Positions 24,659-34,203 are shown, counted from the stretch's first letter. The stretch: DNA of 64,000 nucleotides from Candidatus Moraniibacteriota bacterium (GCA_013334765.1 JAAXWW010000001.1:108589-172588), one strand, 5' to 3'. Numbers and translations: made by a program. The notes: a model not told the origin generated them from the letters alone.

Positions 24659-25132
24659 ATGATTTCAATGATATGCGCGGTCGGGAGCAATAGGGCGATC
24701 GGTTGCAAAAATAAGCTTATCTGGGATATTCCCAATGATCTTCAACATTTCAAGAAGATTACTCTTGGTCATACAGTCATTATGGGAGACAGGACTTTTG
24801 AGTCGATCGGACGACCGCTTCTGGGAAGGAAAAATATCGTGGTAAGTCTCGATGAGAACTACGAAGCGCCCGGATGCGAAGTTTCTCATTCACTGGAAAA
24901 TCTTCTGGATGAAGCGAAAAAATCGGATGAGGAAATTTTCATTATCGGCGGAGCGACGATCTATCGCTTGACGCTGCCATATGCGGACAAGCTATATCTT
25001 ACTCTTGTCGATGATGCTCCGATTGATGCTGATGTGTTTTTTCCCGATTTTTCCGAATTCAAGAATGAAATTTCTCGCGAAGAACACGAAGAAAACGGAT
25101 TCAAATATGCGTTTGTGGAACTAATAAAATAA
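24659..25132 (+). CDS. folA: Dihydrofolate reductase
   Basis: 'MISMICAVGSNRAIG...LIWDIP.D...F...T.G..VIMG..T'; 157 aa, immediately after thyA. Confidence 0.85.
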   Translation: MISMICAVGSNRAIGCKNKLIWDIPNDLQHFKKITLGHTVIMGDRTFESIGRPLLGRKNIVVSLDENYEAPGCEVSHSLENLLDEAKKSDEEIFIIGGATIYRLTLPYADKLYLTLVDDAPIDADVFFPDFSEFKNEISREEHEENGFKYAFVELIK

Positions 25133-25143
25133 GATTATGCAAT

Positions 25144-25692
25144 ATGATTCTAGGTATTCAGGAACTTCACAAATTGGTCAAGGAGAATAAATTAGTTGAA
25201 GATTTGTGTGATAGGGAAATCAATAATCCGGAAGGCGCGGGTTTTGATTTGAGATTAGGCGAGGTCTTTGAGCTCGAGGGCGACGGATTTTTGGGTGTTG
25301 AAGAAAGACAGACCCCGAACTCTAAATCCGTTGCGAAATATGATTCAAAAAAAATAGACGACGAAAACTTTTTCGTTTTCGAACCCGGAAAATATTATCT
25401 AATAAAGACGATAGAGAAGGTTAATCTGCCAGTGACGCTTTCAGGAGTAATTTTTCCCAGAACCACCATGTTCCGTTCGGGTCTCGGACTTTTCAACGGA
25501 GTTGTCCAACCTGGATATTGCGGAGAGCTGACTTTCGGCATTTGCAATCTAGGGGAAAGCAACATCAAGGTTTCTTTTGGCGCAAGAGTCGTTCACATCA
25601 CCTTTCATGAAGTTCTTGGAGAAGGCAATCAATACCGCGGGCAATGGCAAGGAGGTCGTGTCAGCACTGGCGGAAAAGAAGTGCAAGTGTAG
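25144..25692 (+). CDS. dcd: dCTP deaminase / dUTPase-superfamily enzyme
   Basis: 'AGFDLRLG' and 'VVQPGYCGEL' motifs of the dCTP deaminase/dUTPase fold. Confidence 0.65.
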   Translation: MILGIQELHKLVKENKLVEDLCDREINNPEGAGFDLRLGEVFELEGDGFLGVEERQTPNSKSVAKYDSKKIDDENFFVFEPGKYYLIKTIEKVNLPVTLSGVIFPRTTMFRSGLGLFNGVVQPGYCGELTFGICNLGESNIKVSFGARVVHITFHEVLGEGNQYRGQWQGGRVSTGGKEVQV

Positions 25693-25716
25693 GTTTTCTT
25701 CGAAATGAATAAAAAA

Positions 25717-25752
25717 CAGGGAGGTCTCTTTTGGGACCTCCCTTTATTTTTT
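25717..25752. terminator. Bidirectional rho-independent terminator between convergent dcd and the Nudix gene
   Basis: gggaggtc...gacctccc stem with T-runs on both strands. Confidence 0.65.
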
Positions 25753-25773
25753 GCCCAACCTCCCTGGATTAGG

Positions 25774-26391
25774 TCAGGATGCCGACAGGAATTCGAGCAA
25801 GTGGCTGAAAATCAACCGGGACCAGTTTTCAAAGGGCTCCTTCTGAATGATGATGCCGACATCGCCGGCGTCCAGGAACATGCCCCAGAGTGCTTCGCCG
25901 CTTCTGGACCTGATAACCTTGCATCCTGTGTGAAGGATGAAGACGATGCCCAAATGAACCTGGCCCACGGAATCGCTGTCGTCGTTGATGATTCCGAAAA
26001 GCTCGAGTTTCTCTTTCTGGATCATGAGGTCGCGGTCAACGCCTTTGACCTCTTCTTGGAGTTCCCTTCTAATGTTGTCAGGGATGCTCTCATCGTTTTC
26101 GATGTGCCCTCCGACGCCCAGTGATACCTTCCCGCGGAGCCGCTTTTCTTCGTAGTCCTTTTCTTTAATCGAGCGCTGGTAGGTGTATACCCGCTTGTCA
26201 GGGTTGAGTATGACCGTGTAAGGGATGAGCTGCTTGAAATCGGTGTTTTTTTCAGCCTGTTCCTTTTCAATCATGTGTGCTTCCCTAGCCAGCCTGTCGA
26301 TGATGGCTGGATCGGAGAGCGGGACGAAGCCCTGAAGATTCCCGATGATGGCGGGAAGCTTGTCCGTTCTAACAACAAGAACCTGACGCAT
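25774..26391 (-). CDS. Nudix hydrolase family protein
   Basis: Nudix box 'GGHIENDESIPDNIRRELQEEVKGV' (Gx5Ex7REx2EExG); start trimmed to the internal Met so it does not overlap gatB. Confidence 0.6.
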   Translation of the reverse strand: MRQVLVVRTDKLPAIIGNLQGFVPLSDPAIIDRLAREAHMIEKEQAEKNTDFKQLIPYTVILNPDKRVYTYQRSIKEKDYEEKRLRGKVSLGVGGHIENDESIPDNIRRELQEEVKGVDRDLMIQKEKLELFGIINDDSDSVGQVHLGIVFILHTGCKVIRSRSGEALWGMFLDAGDVGIIIQKEPFENWSRLIFSHLLEFLSAS

Positions 26392-26511
26392 AATCTCCCT
26401 CCTGGGGTTTGTATTGCCTATTGTTGTCAAAGAAAGTACTATATTTCTAGCGCATTTGGAAATTTTTGGCAAGCGGGAGCTCATTTGCCATCGGGCGGTT
26501 TTTTGGTTAAG

Positions 26512-28008
26512 ATGAAACAAGTGATAAAAACAATTATTATGGCAAAATACACTCCTGTGATCGGCATGGAAATACATGTCGAGCTGAAAACTGAATCGAA
26601 GATGTTTTGTGATTCGAAAAACGGAATGGGACTTGAGAAAGAACCCAATGTGAATATCTGTCCGGTCTGCACGGGTCAGCCTGGGACTCTGCCGGTGCCT
26701 AATCGCCAAGCAATCGAGTTTGTCCAGCTGGCTGGGCTCGCGCTCAACTGCAATTTGGCTCTCACGAGCAAATTCGACCGCAAGAACTACTTCTACCCCG
26801 ATCTGCCCAAGGGATACCAGATTTCGCAATACGACCAGCCATTCTGCGAAAATGGGCATTTGGAGGTGCTAGGGAGGAACATCGGAATCACCCGTATTCA
26901 TCTCGAGGAGGACACAGGAAAGCTGGTTCATCCCAAAGGGGTCGATTATACCCTGGTGGACTTCAATCGCGCTGGGGTGCCCCTTATGGAGCTTGTGACG
27001 GAACCGGACATCGAAACCGGAGAGGAAGCCCGCGTGTTCTGCCAGAAGCTGCAGCAGATCTGCCGCTATATCGGGATATCGGATGCTGACATGGAACGTG
27101 GCAATATGCGCTGCGAAGTCAATCTGTCGCTATACAAAGAGGGCGAGGAAAAGCTGTCCGGAACCAAAGTGGAGGTGAAGAATATCAACTCTTTCAAATT
27201 CGTCGAGAAGGCGATCGCCTATGAGATCGAAAGGCAGACCGAAGTTTTGGAAAGAGGGGAAAAGGTCGTTCAGGAGACAAGAGGATGGGACAGCAACAAG
27301 AACGCGACTGTTTCCCAGCGCGCCAAGGAATCGGCGCATGACTATCGGTATTTCCCGGAACCTGACATCCCGCCTTTCAGGTTCGATGCTGCCTATGTGG
27401 ATAGCATCAGGAAGAAGCTGCCCGAGCTTCCCGACCAGAAGGCCAGCCGCTTCGAAAAAGAATATTCGCTTTCCAAGGACGATGTGGCAGTGCTCACTTC
27501 CGAGCGGGAATTGGCAAGCTATTTCGAGGACGTCATGAGCGAACTGGGCGACAAGATCCAAAGCGGAGAATTTTCCTGCCCGATCGACAAAGCCTCGAAG
27601 CTGGCTGCCAACTATGCTATCACGGAACTCAGGAAACATATGATCGTCAATGGGCACGACATCAGGGATGTGAAGATCACTCCGGAAAATTACGCCGAAC
27701 TCATCTGCTTCGTGGCAGAGGGAAAGATCAATTCTTCCGCGGCGCAGGCAGTCCTTCTCGAGATGTATCAGGCCGGAGGCGACCCGTCACAGATCATTTC
27801 AGAAAAAGGGCTGCTTCAGGTGAGCGATGAGGGAGAATTGGAAAAGATCGTCGATGACGTCCTTTCGAAGAATGAGAAATCGGTTGCTGATTTCAAAGCC
27901 GGGAAAGAGAATGCTCTCAAATTCATGATGGGACAAGTGATGGCAGCAACGAAGGGGTCGGCCAATCCGCAGATAGTCATGGAAATCATCAGGAGAAAGC
28001 TGACTTGA
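26512..28008 (+). CDS. gatB: Asp/Glu-tRNA(Asn/Gln) amidotransferase subunit B
   Basis: 'KYTPVIGMEIHVEL' N-terminal signature and GatB-type C-terminal YqeY-like tail; start at 26512 or 26539. Confidence 0.8.
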   Translation: MKQVIKTIIMAKYTPVIGMEIHVELKTESKMFCDSKNGMGLEKEPNVNICPVCTGQPGTLPVPNRQAIEFVQLAGLALNCNLALTSKFDRKNYFYPDLPKGYQISQYDQPFCENGHLEVLGRNIGITRIHLEEDTGKLVHPKGVDYTLVDFNRAGVPLMELVTEPDIETGEEARVFCQKLQQICRYIGISDADMERGNMRCEVNLSLYKEGEEKLSGTKVEVKNINSFKFVEKAIAYEIERQTEVLERGEKVVQETRGWDSNKNATVSQRAKESAHDYRYFPEPDIPPFRFDAAYVDSIRKKLPELPDQKASRFEKEYSLSKDDVAVLTSERELASYFEDVMSELGDKIQSGEFSCPIDKASKLAANYAITELRKHMIVNGHDIRDVKITPENYAELICFVAEGKINSSAAQAVLLEMYQAGGDPSQIISEKGLLQVSDEGELEKIVDDVLSKNEKSVADFKAGKENALKFMMGQVMAATKGSANPQIVMEIIRRKLT

Positions 28009-28128
28009 TAGCGGACATTGCCAAATTTTTCCGTTGTGATATGCTGATTGTAATATGGAGAAAGATTCAAGGAAAAACTCAGAAGTGGGAGTGATGGCAA
28101 AGAATCGCGTTTTCGTTTTTAGGAATCA

Positions 28129-28154
28129 TACCCGCCAATGAGGCGGGTTTTTTG
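28129..28154 (+). terminator. Rho-independent terminator after gatB
   Basis: acccgcc-aatg-aggcgggt followed by TTTTTT. Confidence 0.6.
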
Positions 28155-28185
28155 TTCCTTTGAGAAAAAAAGGGGGGAAGGAGTC

Positions 28186-28404
28186 ATGCTTACACCTAAG
28201 AGGCGGGCACTCAAGGCTTATGGAATCCAGTTCAAGCGCATCTTCGCTTTGCGCGGCAAAGTCGATTATGCAGAAGAGCCTATAGCATCCCTGATAAGGA
28301 AGTGCTTAGAGACTGGCGTTACTTGGGAAGAAATGCATTTGCTGGAAGACAAGATTATGAGCGAATGCCAACAGGGCATAAGCGGATCTCTTGCAACTGC
28401 CTAG
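28186..28404 (+). CDS. Small hypothetical protein (72 aa)
   Basis: Strong RBS aggggggaaggag before the ATG at 28186. Confidence 0.35.
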   Translation: MLTPKRRALKAYGIQFKRIFALRGKVDYAEEPIASLIRKCLETGVTWEEMHLLEDKIMSECQQGISGSLATA

Positions 28405-28431
28405 GTTTCCAGGCATGAAGCGCTTTTTAAA

Positions 28432-28474
28432 AACCCCGGGAACGCTATCGCGCGTTTCCGGGGTTGATTTTTTC
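28432..28474. terminator. Bidirectional terminator (serves minus-strand miaA)
   Basis: aaccccgggaacgc...gcgtttccggggtt stem; T-runs on both strands. Confidence 0.6.
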
Positions 28475-28479
28475 TTGGT

Positions 28480-29409
28480 CTATCCTAGGAATTCCTTAGC
28501 TTCTTTTTCTATGTCAGCATAATCATTCAGCCATAATATCCTCCTGTCTTTCTTGAACCAGGTCATCTGCCTCTTGGCATAATCCTTTTCCGATTGATAG
28601 GTCTTTTCGAACGCTTCGTCTTTTGAAATGCGTCCTTTGAAATATTGGGTTATCCAATAATATCCGAGACCGATTTCTTCCAGTCTTTTCCAGGATACGC
28701 CGCCTTCTAAATGCAGCTTCCCGACTTCCTCGACCATGCCGTTGTCGAATCTTTGCTTGAGCCTTATCCTGATCCTTTCATCAAGAACCTCTTTGGGATG
28801 CGTTATGCCTATCTGGAGGAACTCATAGGATGACTTTTCATTCCCAGTATTGATTGCCGGGACTTTTCCGATAGCTTTGCAGATCTCGATAGCCCGTATG
28901 AGGCGGACCTTGTTTTTGGCATCTATGCTGCTGGCCCGTTCCGGATCGATTTTTTTGAGCTCTTCGAATAATTCAGCGGCGGATTTTTCCGATAGCTTTT
29001 CCCGCAGTTTTGGGTCTGGCTTCACTTCCGGAAATATGGCATTGTCCACGACCGCCTTGATCCAGAAACCGGTTCCGCCGCAGATGATGGGCAGTTTTCC
29101 GCGCTTCAGCATATCCTTGATGATTTTCCCGGTTTTTCTTTTGAACTGGGCGGCGCTCCAGGAGGTCTTCGGACTCAGGATGTCTATCAGGTGATGCGGG
29201 ACATCTTCTGAAATGAAGGTTTTGCTATCCTCATTCCATATCCCAACAACTTTTCCCGTGCCGACATCCATCCCGCGATAGATCTGGCGCGAATCGGCGC
29301 TGATCACTTCACCATCGAATTTCTTCGCTAGGCGAATAGCCGCATCCGATTTTCCTGATGAGGTCGGTCCTAGGATGACGATTATTTTATTGAAATTTTT
29401 CATTGGCAT
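28480..29409 (-). CDS. miaA: tRNA dimethylallyltransferase
   Basis: P-loop 'ILGPTSSGKS' and 'SADSRQIYRGMDVGTGK'. Confidence 0.9.
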   Translation of the reverse strand: MPMKNFNKIIVILGPTSSGKSDAAIRLAKKFDGEVISADSRQIYRGMDVGTGKVVGIWNEDSKTFISEDVPHHLIDILSPKTSWSAAQFKRKTGKIIKDMLKRGKLPIICGGTGFWIKAVVDNAIFPEVKPDPKLREKLSEKSAAELFEELKKIDPERASSIDAKNKVRLIRAIEICKAIGKVPAINTGNEKSSYEFLQIGITHPKEVLDERIRIRLKQRFDNGMVEEVGKLHLEGGVSWKRLEEIGLGYYWITQYFKGRISKDEAFEKTYQSEKDYAKRQMTWFKKDRRILWLNDYADIEKEAKEFLG

Positions 29410-29414
29410 TATGA

Positions 29415-29578
29415 TGTCATCTCGAGCGGAGCATGGCTATTTCGTAGAAATGATCATGCGAAGTCGAGAGATCTGGTTGTGAAATATTCACTAGGTAGAT
29501 TATTGCCAGATTCCTATGCTACCGCTGAAGCTAAGGCGACACGCGGTCGACTTCGCTACGCTTCGCTCGGAATGACAT
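29415..29578. repeat. MITE-like palindromic element, copy B (between miaA and miaB)
   Basis: gtcatctcgagcgg...gcgaagtcgagagatctgg...gctaaggcgacacgcggtcgacttcgctacgcttcgctcggaatgacat. Confidence 0.6.
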
Positions 29579-29585
29579 AAGAAAG

Positions 29586-30869
29586 CTATTTTGTAATAGT
29601 ACCCTCCAGATTCCAGCAATTTGCTTTTACAATTTTCAGTTCTACTAATTTTCCGACTAAGCCTTTTTTATCGCTTTCGAATCTGACATGTTTTCCGGTA
29701 CGGGTCCGGGCGAAATAAATAGCATCATCTTCTTTTCTATCCACTAGAACCTCCATCATTTTCCCGACATATTTCCTGTTGTTGGCAGCCGCGGTTTCTT
29801 TGAGGATTTCATTCAGTGAATTCTCTCGGTATGCCTTTTCTTTTTTGGAAACGTTGTCTTTCATTTTCCACGCGACGGTGCCGGGGCGCGGGGAGAATTG
29901 TCCGAAATATACCATGTCATATTTGACCTTTTTCATGACTTCGGCGGAATCGGCAAATTGCTTCCTGGTTTCTCCCGGGAAGCCGACGATTATGTCGGAG
30001 GTGATGGAATAGGGCGTACCTGGTTTGTATTTCTTGAAGGCCGCCTTTATTTTCTTTGCGAGTGCCAAATATTGTTTCCGGGTATATTTCCTGTTCATCC
30101 TTTCCAGTATCTCGTCATTTCCAGCTTGCAGAGGGAGATGGATCAGTTCCGAGATCTTTTTCGATTTGGCGATGGTTTCGATGAGTTCGTCGGAATAATC
30201 CTTGGGATGGGCGGACATGAAAGACAGCCAGAATTTCCCGGGAATTTTTTCGATATCTTTCAGAAGCTTCGGGAAATCAGTATTTCCGAAATTATATGAG
30301 TTTACGTTCTGACCCAAGAGGATTATTTCTTTGTATCCCTGCCTGATAAGATTCCTGATTTCCTGGATTATATCTTCTGGATCCCTGGAAATCTCACGGC
30401 CTCTGGCATAGGGGACGACGCAATAGGAACAGAAATTGTCGCAGCCGGTCATGATAGGGACGGAAGCGGTGAAGGCGCTTGAATAGGCAGGCGTTATTTT
30501 CAGATAGTCGCTCCCATTGCTTTCTTGGCTGTTCTTCGCACCTATCAATCTTCCTAGTTCTTCAGGGAAGTCTTTTATTTCCAGGAACAGGTCGACTTTG
30601 TCACGGAGCCTTCTTTGGACATCTTTCCGGTTGGCTAGGCAACCGGTGAGGACTATCTTTTTATCCGGATAGGATTCTTTCAAATTGTGGATCTGGCCAT
30701 AAACCCGGTCTTCCGCCATTTGGCGCACTCCGCAAGTGTTGAAAATGACTAAAGAGGCATTTTTTACGTCTAGCGCGGCGCTGAAACCATGCATCTCTAA
30801 AAACCCGGAAATCCGCTCAGAATCGCTATGGTTCATTTGACAGCCGAATGTTTTGATGTAGTATTCCAT
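29586..30869 (-). CDS. miaB: Radical-SAM methylthiotransferase MiaB (tRNA-i6A37 methylthiotransferase)
   Basis: UPF0004 N-domain 'IKTFGCQMN', radical SAM 'CDNFCSYC', C-terminal TRAM; adjacent to miaA. Confidence 0.75.
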   Translation of the reverse strand: MEYYIKTFGCQMNHSDSERISGFLEMHGFSAALDVKNASLVIFNTCGVRQMAEDRVYGQIHNLKESYPDKKIVLTGCLANRKDVQRRLRDKVDLFLEIKDFPEELGRLIGAKNSQESNGSDYLKITPAYSSAFTASVPIMTGCDNFCSYCVVPYARGREISRDPEDIIQEIRNLIRQGYKEIILLGQNVNSYNFGNTDFPKLLKDIEKIPGKFWLSFMSAHPKDYSDELIETIAKSKKISELIHLPLQAGNDEILERMNRKYTRKQYLALAKKIKAAFKKYKPGTPYSITSDIIVGFPGETRKQFADSAEVMKKVKYDMVYFGQFSPRPGTVAWKMKDNVSKKEKAYRENSLNEILKETAAANNRKYVGKMMEVLVDRKEDDAIYFARTRTGKHVRFESDKKGLVGKLVELKIVKANCWNLEGTITK

Positions 30870-30940
30870 TGAACTGGATATGGTTGATAAGTACCTTACA
30901 AGGTATCAAAAATTGATACGATGAACAAGAAGGGGGCACC

Positions 30941-31294
30941 ATGGTTATCCCGCCAACTGGAAAGCATTACGAAAAGCCGCCAGAGGAGCTGAAAAATCCG
31001 AAGATGGGGCTAAGAGAAGTGGAGGACTTCGTCATCTATCTCAGATGCAATGGATCGGTATCCGCCTTCCAGATTGATTTTCGAAATCGCAGATCCGTTA
31101 TCGGTTATGGTCCTGCCACAATCGAAAAAAGCGATGATCCCGAACTTCGGGAAGGTGTGTTGAAATATCTTGACTCTTCAGGAAAGGAGACGTCAGTGAG
31201 CATCGAAGATATCTCAGGCATGTCTGTGCACGACCCGGATTGCAAGTCCGGGGAACATCTTGAAGTTGTCGAGGAAATGCCTGATAACGAGTGA
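30941..31294 (+). CDS. Hypothetical protein (117 aa)
   Basis: ORF with RBS-like aaggggg upstream; no recognised motif. Confidence 0.35.
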   Translation: MVIPPTGKHYEKPPEELKNPKMGLREVEDFVIYLRCNGSVSAFQIDFRNRRSVIGYGPATIEKSDDPELREGVLKYLDSSGKETSVSIEDISGMSVHDPDCKSGEHLEVVEEMPDNE

Positions 31295-31304
31295 TGCTGC
31301 AAAC

Positions 31305-31337
31305 GAGAGGCTGGCGTTCCGTGGAACGCCAGCCTCT
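31305..31337. terminator. Strong 14-bp hairpin between convergent genes (no clean T-run)
   Basis: agaggctggcgttc / gaacgccagcctct. Confidence 0.35.
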
Positions 31338-31353
31338 GATTATTTCTTGCGCC

Positions 31354-33099
31354 CTATTTTTTGCTTTTTATTTCCTCGCTGATCCTGTTTACAAATCCTT
31401 CGATAGCCAGCGCTTCCTGCTCCTTCACTCCTCGTTTTCTCACGGCAACGGTTCCAGACTCTTTCTCTTTTTCTCCGACGACCAGGATGTATGGGGCTTT
31501 CTGCATCTCTGCTTGGCGGATTTTTTTACCGAGCGATTCATCGGAATCATCTATCTCGGCTCTTGCGCCGGACTGAGTCAAGCTGTCTTTGACGGTTTTA
31601 GCATAATCAATGAATTTCTCGCTGACCGGAAGGATAGACACTTGGATGGGGGAGAGCCAAGCCGGGAACGCTCCGGCGTAGTGTTCAATGAGTATTCCCA
31701 TGAACCTTTCGAATGATCCCATAATAGTCCTATGTATCAGGACAGGGGTTTTTTCTTTCCCGTCATTGTCGATATACCGGCAATCGAATTTTAGCGGCAT
31801 CTGGAAGTCGAGCTGGACAGTAGCGCATTGCCATGTTCTTCCAATAGCATCCTTAAGTTGGAAGTCTATCTTTGGTCCATAGAATGCTCCGTCTTTTTCC
31901 TTGAGTCCATAATTGTCTCCATACAGTTCTCCAAGGATTTTCCTGAGGTCATCCTCGGCTTTTTCCCACACCGAAGCCTCTCCCATGAAATCATCCGGAC
32001 GAGTTGAAAGATATGCTTTATATTCGAGCCCGAACGGCTTATATATCTTATCAATCAATCTGATAACATTCTTTATCTCTTCCTCGATCTGTCCTTCGCT
32101 TATGAATATGTGGGCGTCATCCTGGACAAATTGCTGAACCCTTAAGAGGCCGCCGAGCTGGCCGGATTTTTCCTTCCTCGTAATCAGTCCCGGTTCAGCA
32201 TAGCGGATCGGCAGATTCCGATAGGATTTCATCGAGTTATTGTATATCATTATAGCTCCTGGACAATCCATGGGACGGAGGGCGAATTGCCGCTCGTTCT
32301 CTTTCGAATCAATGAAATACATATCATCTTTGTAGTGATCCCAATGTCCGGACTGCTTCCAAACCGATACATCCAGCATTGAAGGCGCAAGAACCATATC
32401 ATACCCGAATTCTTCCTGTGATTCTATCCAGAATTTCTTGAGCTCATTATATATGATCATTCCCTTTGGATGGAAAAATGGCATGCCCGGAGCAATATCG
32501 TGGAAAGAAAACAAATCCAGTTCTTTTCCGATTTTCCTGTGATCCCTTTTCTTGGCTTCTTCGATCATCTCGAGATATTCGTCCAGTTCCTTTTTGCTTT
32601 CGAAAACGACGCCATAGATCCTTTGCATCTGCTTGTTTTTCTCGTCAGCCTTCCAATAGGCGCCGGAAATCTTTGTGAGCTTGATGGCGTCCTTTTTTAT
32701 TTCTCCGGTCGAATCAAGATGGGGACCGGAGCAGAGGTCGACGAATGGCCCGGATTTATAGACGGATATTTTGGCTCCTTCTTTTTCAAGTTCGCCTATC
32801 AGTTCCAGCTTATAGTCCTGGCCGAGTTCCTGGAAATCTTTCCTGGCTTCCTGGGCTGAAATCTCGGCACGCTCGAAAGAATAGTCCTTGTCGATTATTT
32901 CCCGCATCTTGCCTTCCAGGATTTCCAGATCTTCCGGGATGAGGGTTCTCGGCAGGTCGAAGTCATAATAGAAGCCGTTTTCGATAGCAGGCCCGGTTCC
33001 GAATTTGGCTTCGGGAAACATTTCAAGGACAGCCGCCGCCAGGACATGGGCGGCGGAGTGACGGAGGATTTCAAGACGATCGGTTTTTTGCGTATTCAT
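31354..33099 (-). CDS. thrS: Threonyl-tRNA synthetase (lacks the N-terminal TGS domain)
   Basis: Editing-domain 'HSAAHVLAAAV', class II motifs, 'RDHRKIGKELDLF'; 581 aa. Confidence 0.85.
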   Translation of the reverse strand: MNTQKTDRLEILRHSAAHVLAAAVLEMFPEAKFGTGPAIENGFYYDFDLPRTLIPEDLEILEGKMREIIDKDYSFERAEISAQEARKDFQELGQDYKLELIGELEKEGAKISVYKSGPFVDLCSGPHLDSTGEIKKDAIKLTKISGAYWKADEKNKQMQRIYGVVFESKKELDEYLEMIEEAKKRDHRKIGKELDLFSFHDIAPGMPFFHPKGMIIYNELKKFWIESQEEFGYDMVLAPSMLDVSVWKQSGHWDHYKDDMYFIDSKENERQFALRPMDCPGAIMIYNNSMKSYRNLPIRYAEPGLITRKEKSGQLGGLLRVQQFVQDDAHIFISEGQIEEEIKNVIRLIDKIYKPFGLEYKAYLSTRPDDFMGEASVWEKAEDDLRKILGELYGDNYGLKEKDGAFYGPKIDFQLKDAIGRTWQCATVQLDFQMPLKFDCRYIDNDGKEKTPVLIHRTIMGSFERFMGILIEHYAGAFPAWLSPIQVSILPVSEKFIDYAKTVKDSLTQSGARAEIDDSDESLGKKIRQAEMQKAPYILVVGEKEKESGTVAVRKRGVKEQEALAIEGFVNRISEEIKSKK

Positions 33100-33343
33100 A
33101 TTGGTTGAGATTATGGTTTATTGAAATAAAAAATGCCCTAATAACACGGAAGAAACTTGATGTTTCCATATCGAGGTCCAGCTTTCATACTGGACGGTTC
33201 CACTCGATTTCCCTGTATTATTCGGGCGCTTTCTTTGATCCTCTCGCGGATCGGGACGGAAGCTCAGCAGGTGGTGGGGCTGCGTCAAGGCTTCATTCGG
33301 TTTTCTAGTTGCTATTATACATTATTGATATGGATAAGTCAAT

Positions 33344-33373
33344 TTGACATCGCATTCTGTTTTTGCTTATATA
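33344..33373 (+). promoter_or_regulatory. Near-consensus sigma70 promoter (TTGACA-17/18-TATATA) upstream of the GC-rich gene
   Basis: ttgaca at 33344-33349; ttatat/tatata at 33367-33373. Confidence 0.4.
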
Positions 33374-33503
33374 AGGTCAGTGTTTTAAAGTTCTTTTATT
33401 AATTTGAACGGAGGATAATGTCATGTATTAGCTGTCTTGGAAGAACGGCGTGTTGTTGGGTAATGACAAATTAAACCGAAGTGAGAAAGAGCGAGGTTGA
33501 GTC

Positions 33504-34109
33504 ATGCGAAAAATGCTCATGCCCCTCTTCGCCGCGATGGCCGTCATGCTGCTGCTTTGTAGCATGGCCATCGCTGCTCCGCCGCAAGTTGCGGGCGGAG
33601 CCGGAGCCATGGCCGTGCATGCCACTCCCCAATTGGGCGGTGGTGGCAGCAATGCTCTTCAGCCCGACTACAAAACGCTTGCCTGCATCGACTGCAGGTC
33701 CGATTCGCTCGGGGGCATTTACAAGGGCGAAACTACCCTGACCATGGCTGAGCCGTTCGGCACCCACACCAAGCCGTTGACGACAGCCAAGTTGTACGAC
33801 ACCGACAAGCTCGCCGCATCCGCGCAACAAGGCGTACCCGCCGCCATCGCCCGGACCGTGACCACCTTCGATACCGCAAGGCCCCCTTTCCTGGGCGCCT
33901 CGAAACATGACCCCGGCGTTGCGGAGGTCGCTCCGCTCAAGATGCCGGGCCGCGTTGCCTCCGTCATCGTACCTGGTCTTCACCATCAGCAGCCGCAAGC
34001 CCTGGCCGTAACGACCATCGAGGTGGCGCACTGCGACATCTTGCCGCAGTCGGCCCCCATGTCTATCGTGGGCTTCAACGGCAGCGCGGACGGTCACTTC
34101 GTTACCTAG
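33504..34109 (+). CDS. Secreted protein of unknown function in a GC-rich island
   Basis: Signal peptide 'MRKMLMPLFAAMAVMLLLCSMAIAAP'; RBS gaggt 8 nt upstream; about 62% GC against about 42% background. Confidence 0.55.
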   Translation: MRKMLMPLFAAMAVMLLLCSMAIAAPPQVAGGAGAMAVHATPQLGGGGSNALQPDYKTLACIDCRSDSLGGIYKGETTLTMAEPFGTHTKPLTTAKLYDTDKLAASAQQGVPAAIARTVTTFDTARPPFLGASKHDPGVAEVAPLKMPGRVASVIVPGLHHQQPQALAVTTIEVAHCDILPQSAPMSIVGFNGSADGHFVT

Positions 34110-34165
34110 GCACCACATCGCCAGGGCAAGTGACTGTAGGAGCAACTGCTCTAACTCTCTCCCTT

Positions 34166-34203
34166 GGAGAGGATAATCTCGCTGATTATCCTCTCCTTTT
34201 TTA
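34166..34203 (+). terminator. Rho-independent terminator
   Basis: ggagaggataatc...attatcctctcc stem followed by TTTTTT. Confidence 0.65.

Noticed and set aside
26392-26859. Upstream 156 codons of the 361-aa minus-strand ORF 25774-26859
   Set aside because: That part overlaps the gatB start region and has no domain. The Nudix box lies wholly downstream of an internal Met at 26391, so the gene was trimmed to 25774-26391.
33100-33340. T-box or other leader for thrS (minus strand)
   Set aside because: The reverse complement contains no T-box core (GGUGGNACC) and I could draw no convincing antiterminator. Left unannotated.
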